DNA of 64,000 nt. Source: Trichinella spiralis (Eukaryota). Below, in pieces: positions 35,565-49,800 of the stretch; within the stretch, counting starts at the first letter, position 1, and each line of letters opens with the position of its first letter. The stretch spans positions 186,001-250,000 of the forward strand of contig NW_003526941.1 of NCBI RefSeq assembly GCF_000181795.1, given 5' to 3'. The notes below the pieces were generated by a model. The model worked only from the letters and a program-made list of their open reading frames with translations. It made no database searches and was not told the DNA's origin. The position numbers were made by a program, and so were the translations under genes.

Positions 35565-36405
35565 TCAAGTAATAAAAACAGCAAATATGAAATAAATCTA
35601 AATTTACCACAAAGATGAAATAAGAGTTTGAATTAACTCTACTTGAACCCTTCTCTCAAACGACAGAACTAAAATTTAAGAATGCGCAACTCTCGATGAC
35701 ATGTCTCCACAAGAATTTCGACAAATTACACTGTAATCGTTTGCAACAAGCAGGAATTAATTATTAATTCAAGAAATTGTCAAATGGATACTCAACAAAA
35801 CTGCATTTTATGAGTTACATTTTTTTAATTTTTAACTAATTTACATTTCTAATTTTTTTGAGTATAAAATATTTTGCTAATAAATAAAAAGTAAAATGAA
35901 AGAACGAAAACCTGAAAATATACTTCAAAATTATTGCATCCTTTTAAACAAATGCACTGCAAATGTGGTTTTCACTGCATTTTAAACATTATTTATTTTG
36001 TTTCAAAAATATTTAATTAAAAATGCACAAATAAATGGCAGGTTCCCCATTTAATAATATGGAAAAGGTAATCATATTGATAATGAAATTTTATTGATAT
36101 TTTCCACTAATTCACAATAATAATTAAAATTACATGCGAAAACATGCTATACTATCAAAAACAGCTGTCTGTACAGTATGCAGTTGAACTTAAACATCAT
36201 AATTCTACTGTTTTTTTGTTCATTTCTCTGATTGACCTAGTGCATTGTTTTGCTGATTTGTTGTCATGATCATGCGGTTGCCTTTTGTTTGAATTATTTG
36301 GCAGTTTTTAAAATATTTTAATATATCTTGCTTCGACTCGATCTCTGCAACGCCATATGTTCCTACTCTGGATTTGCAGTCACTGCTCCCCGATCGCTGC
36401 AGTTG
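34979..36405. promoter_or_regulatory. Divergent intergenic region shared by dhc-1 and LRIG (candidate bidirectional promoter)
   Basis: Head-to-head start codons about 1.4 kb apart. Acceptor-like sites lie just upstream of both ATGs (CCTTTAG at about 34997 on minus; CTGCAG ending at 36402 on plus). Confidence 0.5.
35529..35561. repeat. (TA)n microsatellite in the dhc-1/LRIG intergenic region
   Basis: Directly visible TA run. Confidence 0.95.
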
Positions 36406-39400
36406 ATGTTCCTCATTGTGCCACTTTTTTTGTGGTGGCCATGCATAATTATATGTGCGTTGTGTACAACGAATGTTAAAGAATGCCCACAAAATTGCAC
36501 TTGTTTGAATTATTCTGTGAACTGCAGCGAATTATCTCTAAATAAGTTACCTATCTTGCCCGCAGATATCATCGCTTTGTAAGAAATGCCGTGAACTTTA
36601 ATGACAAATCTTATAATTTGAACATTTTTTAGGAATGCATCATTTAATAATTTAGCTACAATATGTGACCATTCTTTATTAGCGCTTAAGCGTTTGCAAC
36701 ATCTGTAAGTTGATTATTATGTATTGTGGTCTCGAGATCAAGTTTCAATTTTAGCCACCTTGATTACAATAATATACACACATTAGAGAGTAATTGTTTT
36801 GGCAGTTTGTCAGCTTTGCAAGTGTTAACTCTGGTTAAGAATAAATTGCGAAGAATTCCAAAGGAAGCGTTCGTTACTTTGCAACAACTTAGAAAACTGT
36901 AAGTGTATTTTTCTTTCATGCACACCTCTTCTGCACCGTCAAGCTCAGTGACAAAATAAGCTAAATGATGTGTGGGTGTTTGTCTGTCTGTTTGTGCAAA
37001 TAAAAATAATTATGCATTTGTTTTAAATTGCTTCAACAATACTTTTCAGCAATCTTAGTCGAAATCGTTTGCGCAAAATAGACTGGTTCAGCTTCAAGGG
37101 TCTGCACAAAGTTCAAATATTGCATTTGGAAAGAAATGCTCTTTCTTCGATTAACGACGGTGCTTTTGGAAATCTTGCCCAGTTGCTGGAACTCTATTTA
37201 AACAATAATAAACTGACAAGTGTTGGTCAAACATGGCTTTATGGTCTGGAGAAATTGGAAAAACTGTATGTGAATTTAGGAGGAATGAAGCAAAAATAAA
37301 ATTTGTTTATCACGATTACTTATTTTATGTTTTTGCAGAATTTTATCTTCGAATAGTGTATCTATGATTGAATCTAAAGGATGGCGATTTTGTCAGCGCT
37401 TGCTGATATTGGATTTGTCCAAAAACCGACTGAGTGCATTAGATTCAAATATTTTTTCCTATTTGCAACGTTTGGAAAAGTTGGATCTTTCAGAGAATGC
37501 AATTTCTCGAATAGATGAAAAAGCGCTCAGCTCTTTGGGAAATTTAGAATTTCTGTATGTACTTGGAGCGATGTTTAGCATTTCTTTTTCTTTGCATATT
37601 ATGTTTTAATTTTTAAGTGATCTCAGCAGTAATGAATTGTCTGACGTGTTTATGAGCGGCCAGCATATTTTTCTTGGTCTCTCCAAAGTGAAGGTGCTGA
37701 AATTGAATAACAATAAACTGCGCTCCTTGCCCAGTAATGTTTTCCGTGGTCTTGATCAGTTGACTCGTTTGGAATTGTTGAACAATCCAATTATAATTTT
37801 TGCCGAAGATTCTATTCCTCGTATAGAAACGCTAGAAATGATGTAAATTTACTTTGCCCGTTTGTTTGTTTTGTAAACGTATTTTAAAATTGTTTAGATC
37901 GTTGAATAGTAGTGATGTATTGTGTAATTGCAAGTCAAAGTGGTTGATCTCATTTTTGCAAAAAGCCACATTAATTGGTGAACACTTGCGGATGGCTCGT
38001 TGCAAATATCCGCCAAAGCACGCAGGAAATTTGCTCATATTGGTTCCGTTGGATCAGCTCACATGTGATGGTAAAAATATCTTTCTGTATATACAGAAGA
38101 TGTATTTGTTATGATTAACCGAGAAATTCGTATTATATACAACAGTATATTGGCCAAAACCTGAGATCTTGGAACAACCACAAGCGATAATTGGATTGCA
38201 AGGAGCGACGGTGACATTCAACTGCTCAGCAATTTGTACTGGTGGTTGTAATGTTCTGATATATTGGTCAAAAAATGATCAGGTATTATTAATGTTAATT
38301 ATGTTTGATTATTAATTGTTTTTTTTGTCTGTTTCATTTAAGCGATTATATTCATCCACAGAAGAAGGTATATCGGATCGACTGGAAAATGAAGGGAATC
38401 GAACGTGGACCAGCTATTTGACAATTGAAGCGGTCGATGAGCCGGATTCAGGCTTTTATCGATGTCATGTAATCAATGAATTAACCATGACCGTGTCGAA
38501 TCATGTATCGTTAACTGTGCAGAGTAAATTTGGAATTTTTAAATAATGAGAAATATTGGTTGCAAATGAATTGACATTGCAGTTCCACCATTTTTTACCA
38601 AACGACCAGAAAATACGGTTGCCACAGTTGGTGGTACAATTCGACTTGAATGTGCTGCCAGTGGTCAGCCGGATCCGATGATTTTTTGGCAGAAAGACGG
38701 CGGACATGATTTTCCAGCGGCACGAGAGCGTCGATTTCACGTCATGCCATCTGATGTAGTATTTTTTATTGTTTTGGCAAAATACCAAGATTCGGGCGTT
38801 TACAGTTGCATAGCAAACAGCAGCGCTGGCTTTGCCAAAGCCGAAGCACGTCTTACTGTACTCGGTAATTTCATATAGTAAATAATAATAGTAATAATAA
38901 TTATTATTATTATTTTGTATGCTTTAATTATTGATCACAAAGATTGGCATGAAATGATTTTTTTTCTCGACAGATCGCGGCGCGTTGGTCATGACTTCAA
39001 CGGATAAAGCAGTCGATTTCGGCAAAACTGCCGTTTTACAATGTGATTCACAAGAGGACAAGATTGCAGATGGTCGTGCGATTATTCAATGGTCACACAA
39101 TGGCCAATCGTTCAAGTTGGATAAACGACGTTTCATTGCTGGACGCGGTCAGATGCTGGTCATTGTCGAAGCACGCGCAAGCGATCAAGGCATTTATACG
39201 TGTGAATTAAATGGCAATGTAAGAAGAACATTGCGTCTGATTGTGAAAGGTAATTAATTAATTAATTAATTAATTAATAGTCAATATTCTTATTCTTATT
39301 ATTATTAATTGTTTCTGTTTAAGAGTTGAACAATGAAGCATCGAAAAAGTTTCATAGCAAAAGTAAAAGTGATGATGCTAAGGATGATGGGAAAAAGAAT

Positions 39401-39628
39401 GATGATAATGAATTGTCTTCAACGAATGTGAAAAGTAGACGAGATAACGGTTTCGACATGCTAAGTACTGCAGGTATTGTAATTGTTGTTGTTGTGTTGT
39501 GTGTTGTGCTGACGTCATTTGTGTGGCTGTGCTTTATTTGGCGTAATCGTCGCCCTGCTTCTGTTGTTGTTGCCATTCGACCAGATCCTCTGGAACTGTC
39601 TGCTGTTTCTACAGATGTTGGTCTGTGA
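36406..39628 (+). CDS. LRIG: LRIG-family LRR plus 3 Ig-domain type I membrane protein (SMA-10/Lambik-like), about 12 exons
   Basis: Signal peptide, LRRNT (CPQNCTC), about 12-13 LRRs, LRRCT (LCNCKSKWL...CKYP), three Ig domains including the LRIG hallmark [28 protein letters not shown], a TM helix ([23 protein letters not shown]) and a short cytoplasmic tail. Confidence 0.9.
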
Positions 39629-40855
39629 CTTTTTTCCCGGTTACAGGTGTTTGTTAAAGCTTTACGGTGCCAAAATAGTACATATATATTTTTTTTTTTT
39701 CATATAATATTGTTGAGTAGTTGTTTATTTTAAAAATATTTACCCTTGTAGAAATTGTTTCAGTTGTGAAAAATTGTTGATATTTAGTAAGAAATTGTAA
39801 TGTATTATTTATATAATATATATAATAAAAATTTTCCCTTAAAATGTCTAAAAAGATCACTCTGTTGCCATTGAATTGAAATTTGAAACAGTATTGCATT
39901 TCAATTGCTGATAAAATAAATAACGCGAATGCAAATTTAAAATTGGAATGGAGAAGGAAAAGTGTGAAACAAGCAAAACCATTTCAGGGAATATACATAT
40001 TCCGCGCTCTGCAGTATGTTAATTGTCCCCTATTGTAACGATTGTTTTTTTAAACAAATTATTCACTTGTCTTTTTTAAATGATAAATTAACATTTCCAA
40101 GTTTTGAATATTTCAGAAAATAAGATCAAGAAAAAAAACGAAATAAAACTAACTCTCTTACCTCAACAGTAGTAATAGTTGCAGCATAGATGGATGGATA
40201 GATGGATGTGAATTGTTTTTTGTTCTTCATTGTTATTCGATTTTTTCGTTCTTCATTCATTTTCATTGTTCTTCAAGTCAAACCAAACAACAGAGCAAAC
40301 GGTACGACGGGTGAGCTTCAGCAATATTTATGATATTAATGAGCTATCCTTCGTCAGCTTCCTCTTTTTCTTTAATGAACCCATCTAATAGAATTGAAAT
40401 TTCCTGCTTGCTGATTTTATCAATTGATTTATGCAAATTTAACAACTACCTTGCAATATGATTTACATAAACAAACATAAATGCCTGCCATTTGTGAACA
40501 GATTGTATGTATGTATGTATGTATGTACGTATTTGCAGCGTGACTACACTACGATGAAAAGAGAAGGCAAATAAAAATGTTTACCATTGACAAACAAACC
40601 AACATTTGCAATAATAATAATAAGTATGCGAATTTATTACGTATAACAAACAGTAATATAAAAATATGAATAATAATACTCTGAACAATAAAATAAATTA
40701 GTTTTGTCCAAATAAATAAATATTATCTTGTATATATTTCATATACGCATGGGCAACAACGGGCTTCGAAACGTCACCAAAAAAGTTGATACAAATTCGC
40801 AATCGGGATATTTTCTGATTTGCCTTTGTTTATCATTGAATAAACAACAAATTTA

Positions 40856-43800
40856 TCAAATTGTATTCAAATAATTCGACAGTGCCATATAAGCATCTTC
40901 ACGTCTCATTTTACGCAAAAAATGAGCTAGTTTGACAAAAGCAGTGCAATTTTGTTCACGTGATTCCCACAACGTTAAAATCTATTTGAAAAAAAAGTTC
41001 ATTTACAAAGACAAATAAATAAATATATATATATATCAATCCTGTAATAAAATTTTATCCTTAATTTATCCTTTTATTATTATTATTATTATTATTATTA
41101 AATTAAATTGGTTAAATTTTCTTGATGAAAAAAATTTTTTGAATACAATTTTCAGTCTCTCGTCATTTGTGCTATTAGTCAATTTATGATATGAAAGCTA
41201 GTCAAAGAGGTTACTGACCAGTTCAGAGGGGGAAGATCTTGAAGCGAAATAAGGCAGATAATGTGCAACACCAAGCAGATGAGCAAGCATGCGCCAATCG
41301 TTGCCACTTTCCAACGGCGGATCTAGCATTGCGCAGATTTCAGCTTTTACCGTTTGAGACAATCTGTGTATAATAATAATGTGATCAATTATGATGATGA
41401 TGATGATGGATCATGGTGGAAATTTACAGGATGATAAACAACAAAAGCTTATTATATAATATACCTGACCGCCGGTTGAAATGGACGTAAATGATCTTCG
41501 ATATTCAACCAAGAATTGGAATCGACCTTCAAATGTACCGCTGATTCATAGTCGTCTTTTTGATAAATGACCAAATGAGCGGTCAGTGATGAAGAGCAGC
41601 AGTTGTCTTGAAAAATTTTCTGTGATGCAGATATGGTCGATTCAAGTGAGAAACTACAATGGACATCGAAAGCAAAACTCTGGCATAATCGAGACGAAGG
41701 GATTTCCTGATAATGGCCAACTGGGGCAGTAACTGTCCAACCTGAACTGATTGATTCCAAGCTCAAGCAAAGATCAGCGTGCAATTTCAACGGCAACGCA
41801 TCTCCACCGTTGATTGCACAAAGTCGACCGCCAAGTTCTCGTTGATGGCGCACTACGCGCATCAACGCGCACCGAGTATCATCAACACAATGTATTCTCA
41901 GGCAAGTGCTATGCAAAAATGCCAACAAACGTACTCGTTTGACCAAATTCACATCAGCACGACTAGGCTGTCCAATGAGAGCTAATTTGCCAAACTTTGC
42001 TACCAAAAAATGCACACAGTGACTATCGACTTGACAATAGACATCCGTGTTCAATGTTTCCTTGCCAACGGTAGCTTCCAGATTCCAATCGGCCATCGAC
42101 GCTTCGTATGGAATTTGTTCACTAATTAAACAGCTTATTTGCCAATCGTCTTTGCTAGCATCGAACGGCACTTTGATCAAAGCACTGTGCTCAACACTGA
42201 CAACGGCTGGCTTTTTCAACGGTGCCACACCCCCATTACAACGAAGCCATACTACTGGTGCTAACAAAATCTGCTCGTCGGACAACGGTGGCCGTTCATC
42301 ACAAACGGAAACTGTCACTTCAATTTGTCTTTCTTCTTGTTGTTCTTCTTCTGCATCTGCAACCAGTGCTCCTTCCGGAATGAATACACTTACTGCTTGA
42401 TTTTTCAGCAGAACACCACAACCGTTGGCTTTGTTTCCATTTAAATGTGTAGCCGTACAACGAGTCCCATTCGACGACGCTAGTGATATTCTAAAAATTA
42501 AAAATTGAAATAAGACCACTAATACATTCGTTTACATTTTGTTTTTCAAACAAAAATTAATATTCGGCACTCACCCATCTTCATAGTATCCATAATCTGG
42601 TCGTGAATCATCTACCGTTGCATAGTTATTTTCATCACTTGTGTTCGGGTAGTAAAATGCTGAAGAATCAGACTTCTGAGACCCTGTAAAATATGCAACA
42701 AAATGCATGTTGAAGTTTTGATCAATTTTCATAAACTACACTAATATATATATATATATGTACAAATGCATTGCATTTCTTCCTCTATGACAAGCAACAA
42801 TATCTATTATGCAATGCAGTGCAATAGTGTTGCAGTTGAAGAGAAAAAATTCAATAAATTTATACTTTAAATCGATGATATTATTTTCTAAATAAAAAGT
42901 ATAAGATAATATCTGTATTATATTTGTGGAAAAATGAATTTTATTGATTTCACTTGATCATATATCAGTCAGTTGACAATATTTGGGAGTCAGTTCAAAG
43001 ACAAAGACAAAAAAGATAACATCTACAATATAAACAAAGTCCAATTCAAAGATTTCCAATCAAGATAAAGCTGCTTTAATAAAATGAATTTCTTAAATTA
43101 ATCGTCATAGACAATCCATATTTGACTTTTCGATTTTTTCCTTCAACCCATATTTATTTAAACGCTCGAACAAAATTGAACAATTTACCAGAAAAAAGTA
43201 TTTTTTTTCAACTATAATAACTTCAGTTCATTTAAAATGCAGTGCATCTGCTTAAATTATCTTCTTCAGTAATACGCACACACATGTGATAAAATTATAT
43301 TTAAATATACACATAGAACGGTACTTATATATGAATTGTTAATAATAAAAAAATAGTAAAATTACAACTTTAATTTAATAATTAATCTTTCCATTGTCAT
43401 ACTACGTCAACATACAGGAAAATGGCAAAACAGCCCATTTATAATAAGATAATAATGATTAACAATTTGAAACAATCATTTTTGAACAAAAAAGTAACAA
43501 ATTCCAACTTACAATTTATAAGACCTTGACGACTACGATCAGAATTCAATGTTGTTGGAACAGTATCAAAAATAAACGGCAGCTGAGTATGAGCAGTCAA
43601 CTTGGACACTTCGGGTGGCATTGTACCACGAATTATGGTGTTTGTGGGATTTTGTGTTGGTGCAGGTTCGTAATCTTTTGCACACCGGTGACAAGTGCGT
43701 CGGCGTAGTACTACGCCAAAGATGAAAAAAATGGCAAACACAAATGCAAAAAGTGCCGCTCCAAGACCTGCATACATCGCTACGTTGTTTCCAAACAGAG

Positions 43801-46800
43801 TACCACCCTGTTGTCTCATACTGTCTGCATCCAATGGTGATAATCGATGTAATTTACCTGAAATCAATGAACGAATCATCAAAATACAATGATAAAAACC
43901 GTAAATACAAAATCGCAAATTCCACTACCCGGTGTGCACAGTCCATCTGTGCAGTTGCGCAACTGTTGTTCAGGACCGAAACAGTTTGCACCACCATATC
44001 GGGGTGCCGGATTGTCGCAGAACCTTCGGCGAACACGATTACAATTTGTCTGACAGTCAGTCCATCTGGACCATTCTGACCAGCTACCATCTACCGGACA
44101 TGGTAATTCACAGTCTACTTGCTCTTTGGAACTTCCAGAACATTGACTGCCTCCGTTGGCCGGTGGCGGATTGTTGCAATGACGATAGCGAGTTAGTCTC
44201 GATACGCGTCGCCTGTTGTTGATCCACGCTTTGCAATTTGTAGGACAGACTCCTTCCCAGGAACCCCAAGTAGACCACTGACCATCGACTGAATTAAAAT
44301 TGAAATTAAAATCGTCATGGCTGTTTGTATTCTTTTACTGCATTGCAAAGCAGAAGTTTGTTTGCAAACTTTACACCTAGGGGTGGAAGAAGCAAATTTT
44401 CAAAACCGATTTACCATAAATGTGCAGAGTTGCAGGAAGAGTAGTTCTTTCGTGTGCAATGTTTCTTGCCCCACATGTGTAATTGCCACTGTCACTGAAT
44501 CGTGCAGAGGAAATAAGCAAAGAGCCATCATTCGCCACAATAACATTCGGATCTTTTCTGGATTCGATCTCGACACCATCCTTCATCCAAAACACCTAAA
44601 CAGAATTTCACACATTCACTAAAAAAAAAGATTTCATAAGAATGGAAGGAACAAATTTCCAAACCTCTGGGGATGGATCTCCTTCAGGAGGTTGGCACGG
44701 CAATTCCACCAAACTATTCAGAGGCCTTCTTTCTGAAGCTGGTTCGCGATAAAAGTCTTTCGAAAGATCTATAAGAATTTGTCGTCCAATAAAATTCAAT
44801 CATTTCAAATTAAAATACAAATCAAGCCATTCATCATAATTAAAAACTGAATTTGTAATTTAATTTTAATCGTTAAATGCAAATCGATTCAATTCTATAT
44901 TCATCGACACTGTGATGACTTTTTGAAAAATATGATCTGAAAAATAAAATATGTGAAAAAATTTCCCGTCAACAATAGCAACAGCATCGACTTTATGAAA
45001 CACTAATTGGAAACATTAACACCAAATAGCAACTGTTGTGCAAACAGTGTGCTCTTTGAAAATGTAAAAATCAAATGTCAAGTTAATTTTTCTCTACAAC
45101 GATAAATTCATGAATAGGCAAAGAAAATGCAGCAATTGTTTCATTCTGCTTTTCATCCAGGATGCATTCAAGCAAAACGACTCATCGACTAATCTGTAAC
45201 GTGCCCACACGCAATTGCTTTCTGAAGTCGCTTGATCGTTGATTTGATATGAACACGCAATGAAGATCAATGGAAATTGAATAGCTGCAAGCGAGCAATC
45301 ACCGATCCCACAAGGGTATGATCCGACTGAGACATCATTTCACACGAAGACATCGACAACGACAAAGGCAAAAGCCCAGTGGACAAACAAATGCAAGCTT
45401 ATCGTCAGTTTGAACAAGCAAAGCATTGAATTTGTGTAGGAATGAGCGGAACCAGTGGTGGATTGCAGTGATTGAACGTTTGCAATATATTTGACAGATA
45501 ATGGCATTTTAGATTGTCATAAATAGCAGTATCGGCCTTGAATTCCTCTCTCTGCGACTTATACTTCTACGCAAGCGAGAATTTCTCTAGTAGATTTCTT
45601 TCAATTTCCCACTAAACTCCGTCCCCATAAGATTAAGCAACTTCTCAAACATTTCGCATACATTCAATATGTGTTTCAAATCATGTCAGAAATTGATAAA
45701 ATACATGTTACACTCACTGCTTGGTACCATTCATTCGATTGCAATTTTATCACAATGCTATAATAGCATAGAAAGAAAATTTAAAAAAAAAGAAAAAGCA
45801 AATACTAAAATTAAAATAAAAATAGCAAATGAACAATTGGAACAATCGACTGGAACAATAGTTGTATTACTATCTGATCCGGGTCGCTTTGGACATGAGC
45901 TTCACTAGAAGCTAGAAGTAATTAAGCTACAACTGTTTGAACAATGATTGCTAATTCATAATGGTCGACCAGAGTCTCTGTAAGCTTACGCTGATCAGCA
46001 GCAGGCGCCTGACCTGATCGCCAGTCAGCCTCAAAACCAATACAAGAAGGTAAAACGGACGTGGATCAATTTTCAAAAACCCGCGCGCCAAGCAAGGTCA
46101 GCAAGCTTTGCAAAGCCGAAAATTCAATTCCACCCCTGCTAGTAGAACGACTGCTGCACATCTGTCGCCGGCCACAGGTGTCCCATGTCAAAGCAAACAG
46201 TCATGAATACTGTGTTTCAGACTTAATCAGAAGGTTATTCATGTTAAAGTCTATGAGCATTTGCTCTACCTAGTGAAACTTCACTTTCAGCCACTATTTC
46301 AACCAGACTCAGCGTATGGCTTTCAATACGGCTGATCCTTCCTTCATTATCTATCCAATATGTGTATTTCATAATTAATGCTATTTTGAAATTAATTAGT
46401 CCCCTTTTTTCCGTCTCCAATAGAAAACATAAGTCAAACTGAAGTTCGCTTTCCAACCCAACTTNNNNNNNNNNAGACATTGATTTTCAAATTCACGAAG
46501 CACAACAGACAGCAATAATTTGAATTCTCGTTTGGCTAGTGGAGCGTTATCATTTGGTCATGCAGTAAGATATTCTTGAGATATATAAAAGGCCATAGGT
46601 GGTCAGAATTCGGGCAAAGGTTCTCATCAGTTTATCTAAACACAGCCGACAGATGGCATGGGAAGTCGAAATTTAAAAATTATGACGATAGGTCATATTT
46701 TTGCGCAATCTGATCATGACATTATGCACAAAGATTATAAAAACAAGCTACCATTGTAGTCTTGCAGATATTGCTCCCTTGAATTAAAATAGCAACCAAA

Positions 46801-49800
46801 TCGACAGTGTTATAATCTTTGTATTCTAAATGGATCACTGAGAAGTGTCATCCGTTATCATATCAGTAATAATTAGCATCAATAGATATAATTAGCAAAT
46901 ACATGTTAGCAAATTAATTTACCAATCATGAACAGTCCATTGGAGCATAATCGCAAAAAACGTTCAAAACGGAGACAGTATACTTCTCCATCTTGGGGTA
47001 AAAGATTGTCGCAGAGCATTAGTCGAACAGGTATACAAATGGTATGACAGTCAGTCCATCTGGACCATTCTGACCAGCTACCATCTACCGGACATGGTAA
47101 TTCACAGTCTACTTGCTCTTTGGAACTTCCAGAACATTGACTGCCTCCGTTGGCCGGTGGCGGATTGTTGCAATGACGATAGCGAGTTAGTCTCGATACG
47201 CGTCGCCTGTTGTTGATCCACGCTTTGCAATTTGTAGGACAGACTCCTTCCCAGGAACCCCAAGTAGACCACTGACCATCGACTGAATTAAAATTGAAAT
47301 TAAAATCGTCATGGCTGTTTGTATTCTTTTACTGCATTGCAAAGCAGAAGTTTGTTTGCAAACTTTACACCTAGGGGTGGAAGAAGCAAATTTTCAAAAC
47401 CGATTTACCATAAATGTGCAGAGTTGCAGGAAGAGTAGTTCTTTCGTGTGCAATGTTTCTTGCCCCACATGTGTAATTGCCACTGTCACTGAATCGTGCA
47501 GAGGAAATAAGCAAAGAGCCATCATTCGCCACAATAACATTCGGATCTTTTCTGGATTCGATCTCGACACCATCCTTCATCCAAAACACCTAAACAGAAT
47601 TTCATATATTCACTGAAAAAGAAGATTTCATAAGAATGGAAGGAACAAATTTTCAAACCTCTGGGGATGGATCTCCTTCAGGAGGTTGGCACGGCAATTC
47701 CACCAAACTATTCAGAGGCCTTCTTTCTGAAGCTGGTTCGCGATAAAAGTCTTTCAAAAGATCTATAAGAATTTGTCGTCCAATAAAATTCAATCATTTC
47801 AAATTAAAATACAAATCAAGCCATTCATCATAATTAAAAACTGAATTTGTAATTTAATTTTAATCGTTAAATGCAAATCGATTCAATTCTATATTCATCG
47901 GCACTGTGATGACTTTTTGAAAAATATGATCTGAAAAATAAAATATGTGAAAAAATTTCCCGTCAACAATAGCAACAGCATCGACTTTATGAAACACTAA
48001 TTGGAAACATTAACACCAAATAGCAACTGTTGTGCAAACAGTGTGCTCTTTGAAAATGTAAAAATCAAATGTCAAGTTAATTTTTCTCTACAACGATAAA
48101 TTCATGAATAGGCAAAGAAAATGCAGCAATTGTTTCATTCTGCTTTTCATCCAGGATGCATTCAAGCAAAACGACTCATCGACTAATCTGTAACGTGCCC
48201 ACACGCAATTGCTTTCTGAAGTCGCTTGATCGTTGATTTGATATGAACACGCAATGAAGATCAATGGAAATTGAATAGCTGCAAGCGAGCAATCACCGAT
48301 CCCACAAGGGTATGATCCGACTGAGACATCATTTCACACGAAGACATCGACAACGACAAAGGCAAAAGCCCAGTGGACAAACAAATGCAAGCTTATCGTC
48401 AGTTTGAACAAGCAAAGCATTGAATTTGTGTAGGAATGAGCGGAACCAGTGGTGGATTGCAGTGATTGAACGTTTGCAATATATTTGACAGATAATGGCA
48501 TTTTAGATTGTCATAAATAGCAGTATCGGCCTTGAATTCCTCTCTCTGCGACTTATACTTCTATGCAAGCGAGAATTTCTCTAGTAGATTTCTTTCAATT
48601 TTCCACTAAACTCCGTCCCCATAAGATTAAGCAACTTCTCAAACATTTCGCATGCATTCAATATGTGTTTCAAATCATGTCAGAAATTGATAAAATACAT
48701 GTTACACTCACTGCTTGGTACCATTCATTCGATTGCAATTTTCTCACAATGCTATAATAGCACAGAAAGAAAATTTAAAAAAAAGAAAAAGCAAATACTA
48801 AAATTAAAATAAAAATAGCAAATGAACAATTGGAACAATCGACTGGAACAATAGTTGTATTACTATCTGATCAGGGGTCGCTTTGGACATGAGCTTCACT
48901 AGAAGCTAGAAGTAATTAAGCTACAACTGTTTGAACAATGATTGCTAATTCATAATGGTCGACCAGAGTCTCTGTAAGCTTACGCTGATCAGCAGCAGGC
49001 GCCTGACCTGATCGCCAGTCAGCCTCAAAACCAATACAAGAAGGTAAAACGGACGTGGATCAATTTTCAAAAACCCGCGCGCCAAGCAAGGTCAGCAAGC
49101 TTTGCAAAGCCGAAAATTCAATTCCACCCCTGCTAGTAGAACGACTGCTGCACATCTGTCGCCGGCCACAGGTGTCCCATGTCAAAGCAAACAGTCATGA
49201 ATACTGTGTTTCAGACTTAATCAGAAGGTTATTCATGTTAAAGTCTATGAGCAATTTGCTCTACCTAAGTGAAACTTCACTTTCAGCCACTGTTTCAACC
49301 AGACTCAGCGTATGGCTTTCAATACGGCTGATCCTTTCCTTCAATTATCTATCCAAATATGTGTATTTCATAATTAATTGCTATTTTGAAAATTAATTAG
49401 TCTCCTTTTTTCTGTCTCGAATAGTAAACAATAAGTCAAAACTGAAGTTCGCTTTCCAATCCAACTTTGCAATTTGATATTTCAATAAAGATAATAATGC
49501 ACTTGTAGATTTTTCTTTTCCAAAATGTTTCTGAATGCATTTCTCAATTGCTACCATAAACTTGTAAATTGAAAAAAAGAAAGAAAATTCACACGAGAAA
49601 AACCTTCATTCGAGGGTTTTTAATTTATGCTCTGGTTTTTTAGACAATTTTAAAAAGGCAGTCGAGCAGAATCGCATGTTTCAGTTCAATGATTACAGTT
49701 TGCAATTTATGAACATTTAAAAGATGGAGTCGACGAAAAATGACTAACTAACACCTCTTCAATGACTACTTGAAATAAGAACATTGCAAACAAATAAAAG

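Noticed and set aside
45993..46019. Small hairpin GATCAG...CAGGCGCCTG...CTGATC and recurring TGATCAGCAGC 11-mer (also about 50697 and 55914)
   Set aside because: Too short and too few copies to distinguish from chance without conservation data.
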